A stretch of DNA of 62,083 nt from Acidimicrobiia bacterium (lineage in GTDB: Bacteria > Actinomycetota > Acidimicrobiia > Spongiisociales > JAENVV01). Of the stretch, positions 29,152 to 36,442 are shown in pieces (positions within the stretch are counted from its first letter, which is position 1; every line of letters begins with the position of its first letter). The position numbers and the translations under genes are program-made. The DNA is taken from NCBI GenBank assembly GCA_041577335.1, contig JBFGJH010000013.1, positions 1 through 62,083 of the forward strand. The letters are read 5' to 3'. The notes under the pieces are model-generated. The model searched no databases. It was not told where the DNA came from and worked only from the letters and a program-made list of their open reading frames with translations.

Positions 29152-29960
29152 GTGATCTCGCCGCAGCTGCTGCCGCCGTCGGTGGCCCTGAGGACCTCGT
29201 GATGCGGTCCGCCCGCGCCCGAGCCGAGGCAACCGGTGTGCCAGTCGAGGAAGTCTTGGCGGCCTGGGCAGGCGGCGGCTCTGCTCCCGCCGCGACTGCC
29301 GCGCCGGCGACTCCTGCGCCGGCAGAGGCCGAGCTCGAGGAGCAGCTCTCGCCTACACCCCCGGCCGGCGCCGTCGTCGATGAAATGCCCCGCACCGAGC
29401 CCCCTGACATGGCAACGCCGGCAACGGCTGGGCCCGTCGTCGTGGTGGACCAGCGCAAGGGCGCGGCTCCTCTGCTCACCGGGCGGACGGACCGCCCCAT
29501 GTTGTATCTCGCCGGCATCGCACTCCTCTTCATCATCGGAGCCGTTGGCGCCGTGGCGCTGCCGGCCCGCGACGCTCAGGCGGTCGCCGCCGATCAGATC
29601 CCGGGCACGACCCCGATCCTCAGCGAACTCGGCGAAGAGGGACGTCAGGTCTACATGCAGGAGGGCTGCTTCTACTGCCACACCCAGCAGGTGCGGACGG
29701 TCGTCACCGACGTCGGGCTCGGTACGGTCACCGAACCGGGAACTTCCCCTGCCTTGCCGGGCGACACGTTCGGGTATCAGCGGCTCGGGCCCGACCTCAC
29801 TCATGTGGGAAGTCGCGAGCCGACCAACGACGCGGCGTTCCTCCGCACATATCTGCGGGACCCCCTGGGCGTGGTCGACCGGAGCGACCACGCGAGCTTT
29901 GCCTACCTTTCCGATGCCGACCTCGACAGCCTCGTGCAGTACCTGATGGAGTCCCAGTGA
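29148..29960 (+). CDS. CcoO (cbb3 subunit II)-like monoheme cytochrome c
   Basis: GRQVYMQEGCFYCHTQQVR, RLGPDL..VG motifs; one TM helix. Confidence 0.88.
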   Translation: MSDLAAAAAAVGGPEDLVMRSARARAEATGVPVEEVLAAWAGGGSAPAATAAPATPAPAEAELEEQLSPTPPAGAVVDEMPRTEPPDMATPATAGPVVVVDQRKGAAPLLTGRTDRPMLYLAGIALLFIIGAVGAVALPARDAQAVAADQIPGTTPILSELGEEGRQVYMQEGCFYCHTQQVRTVVTDVGLGTVTEPGTSPALPGDTFGYQRLGPDLTHVGSREPTNDAAFLRTYLRDPLGVVDRSDHASFAYLSDADLDSLVQYLMESQ

Positions 29961-29961
29961 T

Positions 29962-31044
29962 ATGAGCGACTATCTCGCAGCAGCCGCATCCGCCGTCGGC
30001 GGGCCGGAGGATCTGGTCATGCGCTCTGCGCGTGCGAGAGCCGAAGCCGCCGGGGTACCGGTCGATGACATCTTGCGAGCCTGGGCGGGTGGCGAGGCAG
30101 CCCCGGCCGGAGCGGCCGCTCAAGCGAGTCCCGAGGCGAGTGACGAGCCAGTTCCAACCGACCCAGTCGAGGTCGCGGAGGCGCCGGCGCCCGAGCCTGA
30201 CAGCACCGAACCTTCCGGAGAACCGGTCCCGGTGGCAGCCGGCGCACCAACTCGGACGGTACAGGGGCCCCCACCCCCGGCAACGGTCACCACGAGTGAA
30301 GCAACCGAGTACGACATGGTCACCACGGTTCCATCGGTCGGCTTGAAGGAGCGCACCAATTCAATCGTGCCGGGCTGGCTGATGGCCTTCTTCGTGATCA
30401 TCCCGATCCTGGCCGTCGGTTATATCACCACCGGGTCTGGCGGCCCGCAATGCGGCGAGGCCGGCCAGCTGGCCGTCGACTTCCGCAACGAACTCGTGAA
30501 CTGCGATCTCACGGCCTATGAAGGCGCCGGCGGGCCGGGCGGCGGTGGCGCGACCAACTTCGTAGCCCTGGGCGGCGAGGTCTACGAAGCCAACTGTGCT
30601 GCCTGCCATCTGTCGAACGGCGGCGGAGGCGCAGCAGGTCCGGCTCTGAGCGGTGGGGCGGTGGTGGCGACGTTCGGGTCGTGCGCCGATCACGCAACGT
30701 GGGTGACTTTGGGAACCGCCGGTTGGACGGCCGAGATCGGAGCGACCTACGGCGACACCAACAAACCGACCGGTGGCTTTGGCAACATGCCAGGATTCGG
30801 AAGCCTGACCGAGGAGCAGATCCAGTCGGTAGCTCTCTTTGAGCGAGTGGTGTTCGGTGGTGCCAATGCCGACGAAGCTCTCGTGGATTGCGGTCTCGTG
30901 GCGACGGCCGACGGAGAAGCACCCGCCGATGGTGAGGCACCTGCGGACGGCGAAGCGCCCGCCGACGGGGAAACACCACCGGCCGAGGGCAACACACCCA
31001 CGGAAACCACCATGGCCCCGGCCGCAGCCCCTGCCACCGAATAG
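29962..31044 (+). CDS. Membrane-anchored monoheme cytochrome c
   Basis: CAACH, GPAL, NMPGF; C-terminal ADGEAP repeats. Confidence 0.85.
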   Translation: MSDYLAAAASAVGGPEDLVMRSARARAEAAGVPVDDILRAWAGGEAAPAGAAAQASPEASDEPVPTDPVEVAEAPAPEPDSTEPSGEPVPVAAGAPTRTVQGPPPPATVTTSEATEYDMVTTVPSVGLKERTNSIVPGWLMAFFVIIPILAVGYITTGSGGPQCGEAGQLAVDFRNELVNCDLTAYEGAGGPGGGGATNFVALGGEVYEANCAACHLSNGGGGAAGPALSGGAVVATFGSCADHATWVTLGTAGWTAEIGATYGDTNKPTGGFGNMPGFGSLTEEQIQSVALFERVVFGGANADEALVDCGLVATADGEAPADGEAPADGEAPADGETPPAEGNTPTETTMAPAAAPATE

Positions 31045-31354
31045 CCGCCGCCCGATCTCGCTCAGTTCGAGCTTCAAGTTGAAGGGGACAAGCATCCAGC
31101 GATGTCTCGATTCCCATTCGGCCGCTCAGAAGAACGGTACCTCGAGATAGAAGTCTCGTTGCAGGCTGACACTCGCTGGATTCCTGATGGTTCGAGAGGG
31201 CAGCTTGGGAGCGATCAGTCCTCCGCCGCCTGACCGACACCCGGCCACCAGCGGATCCAAGAGGGGAGTTGGGCGGCGCCGAGGGCGACACCGCAAAGTC
31301 GAAGCCACCCCACCGCGGGGCGCAGCTCGATCGAATCCCGATTCGACCGAGAAC

Positions 31355-31495
31355 CAACAGAGAGGGCGGACCTTGCGGTCCGCCCTCCCGTCAGACAATC
31401 CCAGCTGACATCGGGGCGGGCTGGGAGGCTTCCGATACACCATGGGTACTGAACGTGCCCAAGGCATAGGTTCGATGTCAGTGAGCTTGCCTTCT
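31355..31495 (-). ncRNA. Candidate small RNA 1
   Basis: Lies between a sigma28-type promoter and a GCAA-loop hairpin with pyrimidine tail; closing stem CTGACATCG/CGATGTCAG. Confidence 0.55.
31362..31387 (-). terminator. Terminator hairpin (copy 1)
   Basis: GAGGGCGGACC-GCAA-GGTCCGCCCTC followed by TCTGTT on the minus strand. Confidence 0.7.
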
Positions 31496-31501
31496 CCAAT
31501 C

Positions 31502-31529
31502 GTATCGGCACTGCCCCCGCATTGCTTTA
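31502..31529 (-). promoter_or_regulatory. Sigma28/WhiG-type promoter
   Basis: TAAA-N16-GCCGATAC on the minus strand with AT-rich upstream DNA. Confidence 0.65.
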
Positions 31530-31682
31530 ACCATTTTCCTTGATTTTGATAACTCTTCTAATTGCGTGAGGGCATTGGTATTCCCGGCTTACCTGGCCTC
31601 CTCGAGCGTCGGCGTGGCACGGGCCCGCACCCTGGAGTGTGGCAATCACCGAGCAGCACGCCAGACGGCATAGAATCTCGGA

Positions 31683-31775
31683 ATGCGGCCCGCGACCACC
31701 TTCGTGCTCATCGCGCTGTTGGCGATTCTCACCATCGCCGGCGCGGTCTTCCTGTTTCAGCTGCTGTCTGCTTGA
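31683..31775 (+). CDS. 30-aa single-TM small protein, probably leaderless
   Basis: MRPATTFVLIALLAILTIAGAVFLFQLLSA; TAGAAT -10 box 6 nt before the ATG; GC3-rich codons. Confidence 0.6.
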   Translation: MRPATTFVLIALLAILTIAGAVFLFQLLSA

Positions 31776-32566
31776 ACAATCACCGACCGGCCCTCGTCGA
31801 GGTGATAGCGCTGGTCGGCACGGCCTTCTCTCACGGAAACGGCGATGAGACCCTGCGAGTCCACAATGAGCATCCCCTCTCCGGCCTCGACCTCACCGTA
31901 CGCGCGGACGTACCGCAGCTCGTGGTGGGTCGGCCCCAGCCGAACCGTCACGGTGTCACCGACCGAGATACCCAGACCGGCAATGTCGTCGGGACCTATG
32001 TTGGTCTGCGCATTTCCAAAGTGGTCGACCCACCACGTCGTCCCGGACACGCTTGTGCCATCAGCCGAAGGCAAAGGAAGCATCGTCGGTGTCAGGGCGG
32101 CCGGATCGACCGTTGGGCCGACGTCCGCGATGGTGACCTGGCCGGAAGCGAGAGCCGCCGCGGCAGGGCCGAACCGGTCGCGACCGTCGAACGTACTCCC
32201 GGCGCTTGGTATCACCAAGTCGGGGTTGGAAATCACATGGGCGCCCGAGGCGCCACCGACCATGGCAACTGCTGGGGATAACAGGCCATTGTCGGGCCCG
32301 ACAAACAGACCCCAGCCTGTCTCAACCACGATTGGTCGACGCTCGGTGCCTACCCCTGGGTCGACCACCGCCAACACGACACCCTGTGGCAGGTATTGAA
32401 TTGCTCTGGTGAGCGCCAAAGCCCCGGCGCGAATATTGCCGGCGGCAATTCCGTGGGTGACATCGATGACCCGGACCTCTGGGGCGATTCTGGCTATGAC
32501 CCCATGAACCACGCCGACAAACTCGTCGTCCGTGCCAAAGTCCGAAATGAAGCTGATCGGCAACAC
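31757..32566 (-). CDS. SAM hydroxide adenosyltransferase / SAM-dependent halogenase family (DUF62)
   Basis: SDFG, IDVTH, VVDPGVGTERR, VGPDNGLL, TFDGRD, VDHFGN. Confidence 0.92.
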   Translation of the reverse strand: MLPISFISDFGTDDEFVGVVHGVIARIAPEVRVIDVTHGIAAGNIRAGALALTRAIQYLPQGVVLAVVDPGVGTERRPIVVETGWGLFVGPDNGLLSPAVAMVGGASGAHVISNPDLVIPSAGSTFDGRDRFGPAAAALASGQVTIADVGPTVDPAALTPTMLPLPSADGTSVSGTTWWVDHFGNAQTNIGPDDIAGLGISVGDTVTVRLGPTHHELRYVRAYGEVEAGEGMLIVDSQGLIAVSVREGRADQRYHLDEGRSVIVQADSS

Positions 32567-32614
32567 AATCGAGCCATCCTAGGGGCGGATGGAGGAGCCC
32601 AAGCCGTCACTACC

Positions 32615-33517
32615 ATGCCACCGATGGCCGACGCGCACCACCACCAGCAGCTCATCCAAGACCTCGTCGCCGCCCAGGGTGTTGCCGTGATCATGGGCGG
32701 CCCCGATACCGGGAAGACCACACTCGCTCGCCAGATTCTGACCGATGCCGCATCGACGGGAGTAGCCGCAGCGTACGTTGATGCCGACGTCGCCCAGTCG
32801 ACGATCGGCCCCCCTACCTGCGCGGGCCTCAAATGGGTGCACAGCCCGGCCGACTTGGACAGCTTGCACCTGGCCGACGAGCTGCGTTTCGTCGGGAGCA
32901 CCGATCCCTCGCGACTGGTGCTGCAAATGGTCATCGCCACCGCCACGCTGGTTGAAAAGGCGCGGGAACACGCCGACCTCATCGTTGTCGATACCACCGG
33001 AACCGTCTCCGGAGTGATCGGCGAAACCCTGAAATATCACAAGATCGAACTGACGCGCCCGGACCACATCGTTTGCATCCAGCGCGGCTCCGAGCTCGAG
33101 CCCATCATCGGCATGCTGCGCAGGTTCTTCTCAGCCGATGTGATCACCACGTCGGTGCACCCTGAGCTGGTTCCTGGATCGGCCGACGAACGAGAGTTCG
33201 GGCGCCGCCAGCAGCTCGCCGCTGCGCTTTCTGAGCCAATGGAGGCCTGGCGGGTCCGTCCAACCGTGTTTGCACCGACTCTTCCGGCCGGGCTGGACCT
33301 GACCCGGCTGGATCGCGTGCTGGTCGGCGTCCAAGACGGTACGGGCCGCTGCCTCGGGCTCGGTGTTCTCACCCATGATGAAGATGTGCTCCGGGTGCTC
33401 ACCAATCATGGAGAGGGCATGCAAGGCCTCCGCCTCGGCTCGGTGCGGGTTGACCTTTCAGAACACACCACCGCGCCGGTCAACTTGCGGCAAGTGATGT
33501 TCGGCGTCGAGATCTGA
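32615..33517 (+). CDS. Clp1/Grc3-like polynucleotide 5'-hydroxyl kinase
   Basis: Walker A GGPDTGKTT, DADVAQSTIGPP, VVDTTG, LKYHKIE, R..RR lid; start trimmed. Confidence 0.85.
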   Translation: MPPMADAHHHQQLIQDLVAAQGVAVIMGGPDTGKTTLARQILTDAASTGVAAAYVDADVAQSTIGPPTCAGLKWVHSPADLDSLHLADELRFVGSTDPSRLVLQMVIATATLVEKAREHADLIVVDTTGTVSGVIGETLKYHKIELTRPDHIVCIQRGSELEPIIGMLRRFFSADVITTSVHPELVPGSADEREFGRRQQLAAALSEPMEAWRVRPTVFAPTLPAGLDLTRLDRVLVGVQDGTGRCLGLGVLTHDEDVLRVLTNHGEGMQGLRLGSVRVDLSEHTTAPVNLRQVMFGVEI

Positions 33518-33591
33518 CCCGTTGTCCGGCCGTGGCGTCACTTCGGGCTCCACTCGGCGTCGCAGGCCATCGAGGGATCGGACCAGGGTGG

Positions 33592-33718
33592 AACACAAGA
33601 GAGGGCGGACCTCACGGTCCGCCCTCCTCGGCGACGCCCAACATATCGAGCCAATGCGGACAGTCCCCGCACTTCCCCGAACAAGGTATTCGCTGGTCCA
33701 ACACCTTGGGCATCGCCT
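33592..33718 (-). ncRNA. Candidate small RNA 2
   Basis: Lies between a sigmaA promoter and a GTGA-loop hairpin; 12-bp closing stem GGCGATGCCCAA/TTGGGCGTCGCC. Confidence 0.6.
33601..33626 (-). terminator. Terminator hairpin (copy 2)
   Basis: GAGGGCGGACC-GTGA-GGTCCGCCCTC followed by TCTTGTGTT; stem identical to 31362-31387. Confidence 0.7.
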
Positions 33719-33724
33719 GGTCGG

Positions 33725-33753
33725 AATGTACGAAGATCGCGGGGTGGCGTCAA
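33725..33753 (-). promoter_or_regulatory. SigmaA-type promoter
   Basis: TTGACG-N17-TACATT on the minus strand. Confidence 0.7.
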
Positions 33754-33793
33754 CCACGCTCATCCCCCCCGTCATTGACGTTTTCTCAGCTAC

Positions 33794-33889
33794 TTGTCCT
33801 CACTTCCGGCTGGCATATCGGCTTTTGGCAGGGTTATCCACCGTTTCCACAGGAATCCACAGGGGGTTGTGCACAAGCGCTGTAGACAA
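33794..33889. promoter_or_regulatory. Cluster of DnaA-box-like 9-mers
   Basis: TTGTCCTCA, TTATCCACC, GTTTCCACA, GAATCCACA, TTGTGCACA and (reverse) TTGTCTACA within 96 bp. Confidence 0.6.
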
Positions 33890-33928
33890 GTTTCTCAAGG
33901 AATCTTTTACTGCTCTCGACCGGCGAAT

Positions 33929-34321
33929 TCAGCCGCCGAGAGCTCGCAGAAGTGGCCGGAACCCGACTTCGATCTGCTCGTAGATCTCAGCCATCACAAA
34001 GCTCATTTCGGCTTCATCGAGGTTCTCGAGAGCCACCCGAGCTCGCAACACAATCCCGTTCTGCTCATCGATGCAGTAGCGGGTGCGCCACGTGTTGCGA
34101 TTCCTCACCAAGCACTGGCGCAGCAACTCGACGGGTTGGTCGCCTGCCGGCACGACGTAGGCCTCGATCCGAACCGACCGCTCACCCACATCGAACCACA
34201 CCGTGGTGAAATCGCGGATCTGTTGGCGCATTCGTACGGCCCTGCGTCCATCTACCTGCTCGGTGTAGACAACCGGGCTGTCTGGATCGTCGATCCAACG
34301 CTCCATCAGCACGCGAATCAT
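33929..34321 (-). CDS. YbjN-domain protein
   Basis: Directly downstream of mshA as in other actinobacteria; L..CL.RN, D..G.I.L.A pattern. Confidence 0.7.
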   Translation of the reverse strand: MIRVLMERWIDDPDSPVVYTEQVDGRRAVRMRQQIRDFTTVWFDVGERSVRIEAYVVPAGDQPVELLRQCLVRNRNTWRTRYCIDEQNGIVLRARVALENLDEAEMSFVMAEIYEQIEVGFRPLLRALGG

Positions 34322-34331
34322 CTCGCTCGGC

Positions 34332-35552
34332 TCAGCTGGTGATGCCGGCATAGAGCTCGAGAAGACGATTGGCGGTGATGGTCCAAGAAAACTTCTCCGC
34401 GTGAGCGATCCCAGCGTCACAAAACGATGCCCGTTTCTGCGGGTCGGCAAGCAGGTCGATCATCGCCCCGGCGTAGTCGCCAGGCTCCCAACCGTCGATG
34501 AGGACACCGCTCGTATCATCGGCGACCGCGAAGCTCAGCCCACCGATCGCTGAGGCGATAACCGGAACACCACATGCCTGCGCTTCGACAGCAACCAGGC
34601 CGAAGCTCTCGCTTCGCGAGGGCAGCAAGAGCAGATCGGCAGCCTGATAGAACGAGGCGAGCTCTCGGTGCTCGACCGGAGCCCGCCACATCACCCGGCC
34701 CTCGATCCCGAGCTCCGCGACGCGATGGTGCGCTGCCTCGTATTCCTCCTCGCCGGTCTCACCGGACGGTCCCCCGACGACGAGAAGATCGACGTCGGAG
34801 CGCTCTTGGGCAACCTTCGCGAAGGCTTCCAACGCCACATCGATCCCTTTGAGCGCTTGAATCCGCCCGACGAAGAGCACGACATCACGCATTGGGTCGA
34901 CCCCGACTGCCGTACGGCTGGCTCTCAAATCGCCCGGCTTGAACAGCTCGTGGTTGATTCCTGGCGGGTTGAGGCACAGGCGGGTGGGATCGGCCCCGTA
35001 GTGCTCGAGCAGGTCGTCGAATTCGACCGGCGTTGAGGAAATGACGCAGTCTGAGCCGCCGATAACGTCGATCTCGGCGGCGATCCGGAGGAGGGCGGCC
35101 GGCGGTTCATCGTCTCTCTTGGTGAGGTCCTTGACGCGACCGAGGGTATGGAATGAATTGGCGAGTGGGATGTCCAGCACTCGCTTCACCATCAGACCGG
35201 CCCAGCCGCTCAACCAGTAGTGACTGTGGACCAGGTCATAATTGCGGTCCTCGGACGTCGCCCATTCGATGACCTCCTCGGCAAAGTCGAAGACGTGGTC
35301 GGAGAGTTGCCGCACGGGCAAGGGAAGTGTTGGGCCCGCCTCGATTTGGACCACGCGGTAGCCCTCGACAACATCGACGATCGCTGGGCTCACTGGATCA
35401 CATCGGCGCGTGAATACGTCTACCTCGACGCCGCGCCCGGCCATCGTGCGCGCCAGCTCGTCGACATAGACGTTCATGCCGCCGGCGTTTCCGGTGCCGG
35501 GACGACTGAGCGGAGACGTGTGAAAACTCAGGTAGGCAACGCGTTTGATCAT
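34332..35552 (-). CDS. mshA: D-inositol-3-phosphate glycosyltransferase
   Basis: HTSPL..PGTGNAGGMNVY, HSHYWLSG, GRIQALKG, SESFGLVAVEAQACG. Confidence 0.92.
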   Translation of the reverse strand: MIKRVAYLSFHTSPLSRPGTGNAGGMNVYVDELARTMAGRGVEVDVFTRRCDPVSPAIVDVVEGYRVVQIEAGPTLPLPVRQLSDHVFDFAEEVIEWATSEDRNYDLVHSHYWLSGWAGLMVKRVLDIPLANSFHTLGRVKDLTKRDDEPPAALLRIAAEIDVIGGSDCVISSTPVEFDDLLEHYGADPTRLCLNPPGINHELFKPGDLRASRTAVGVDPMRDVVLFVGRIQALKGIDVALEAFAKVAQERSDVDLLVVGGPSGETGEEEYEAAHHRVAELGIEGRVMWRAPVEHRELASFYQAADLLLLPSRSESFGLVAVEAQACGVPVIASAIGGLSFAVADDTSGVLIDGWEPGDYAGAMIDLLADPQKRASFCDAGIAHAEKFSWTITANRLLELYAGITS

Positions 35553-36442
35553 ATGGTGCCCGAGACCCGATAGAGACTCCGGGGCTGCGCTCCCAGGCGG
35601 TACTTGTAGTGCTCATCTCCCTTGAGGAAGTCGAAGACCGGAGATCGTCGTTCGATGTTGAGCTCGATGAGTGAACCCAGCAGCACCACACCCGGTGATG
35701 CGTCGCCGTGAGCGGGGTCGTACGTGGAGTTGTACAGGTAGTAGCCGGTCTCGTCGTAATAGCCGAAGCCGGCGGCCATCATCGCGCCAGAGTCGTCCAC
35801 GAGAGCGTCGATCGCCCACCCCGGCAGCTCGAGAAGAGATTTGAAGTATGCCTCCATGCTGGGCGTCATGAACTGGCCCTTGGCGCCGGGCGACCGACGA
35901 TGAAGCTGAACGAACTGTTCGAACAAGCCTCCGTTCTCGGCCTCCCGTTTCAACAGGGTGGGCCCTATGACGGCTTCGTAGCGACGCCGTTTGCGACGCA
36001 TCTCGTGCCGTTCTTTCTTGCTGAGTGACGCCAGATACGCGTCGAAGGATTCGGGAAGGCGGAGGACTGCCGATGTCGTGTGCTCCTCGGCCAGGTAGGG
36101 GTGGCCCGTCGCCTCGAGCGCTGCGCAAAACAGATCCGCGGCCGTTCTTGGCAACGAGTCGAACGAAAAGGTGTCCCCCTCTCCATGGCGTCCCAACTCG
36201 TCGGCGATCAGTGCTTGAGCACCCGGGCCACGCGGAGACCGATAGTCGACGAGGTCTTCGTGCCCGGCCAGGGACAGAATCCGCCCGAGTTTCTGAAAGA
36301 CGACCATGCCCGTGGTGCTCTCGCAAACGATCATCTCGGCGCCGGGATCTCCCGCAGCCATCGTTGCCTCCAAGAACGACCGCTGGGCGAACGGGCCGAT
36401 CGAGTCTGCGACCGGAGGAAGAAAGGGATGGTCAGCCGACAT
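35549..36442 (-). CDS. GNAT family acetyltransferase (CelD/BcsL-like)
   Basis: LPESFDAYLASLSKKERHEMRRKRRR, SPGVVL, FDFLKGDEHYKYRLG. Confidence 0.85.
   Translation of the reverse strand: MSADHPFLPPVADSIGPFAQRSFLEATMAAGDPGAEMIVCESTTGMVVFQKLGRILSLAGHEDLVDYRSPRGPGAQALIADELGRHGEGDTFSFDSLPRTAADLFCAALEATGHPYLAEEHTTSAVLRLPESFDAYLASLSKKERHEMRRKRRRYEAVIGPTLLKREAENGGLFEQFVQLHRRSPGAKGQFMTPSMEAYFKSLLELPGWAIDALVDDSGAMMAAGFGYYDETGYYLYNSTYDPAHGDASPGVVLLGSLIELNIERRSPVFDFLKGDEHYKYRLGAQPRSLYRVSGTI

Noticed and set aside
30905..30975. 18-bp degenerate tandem repeat
   Set aside because: It simply encodes a low-complexity ADGEAP tail of the cytochrome c.
31126..31467. 113-aa ORF over candidate RNA 1
   Set aside because: It runs through the terminator hairpin and has an uninformative Arg/Pro-rich composition with no clear RBS.
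33592..33718. tRNA or tRNA-like call for candidate RNA 2
   Set aside because: No cloverleaf, TTCRA T-loop or CCA end could be built.
33815..33842. Second sigma28-type -10 (GCCGATAT, minus strand)
   Set aside because: There is no TAAA-like -35 element at the proper spacing.
33794..33910. oriC call for the DnaA-box cluster
   Set aside because: There is no dnaA/dnaN, no clear AT-rich unwinding element and no switch in gene orientation; kept only as a box cluster.
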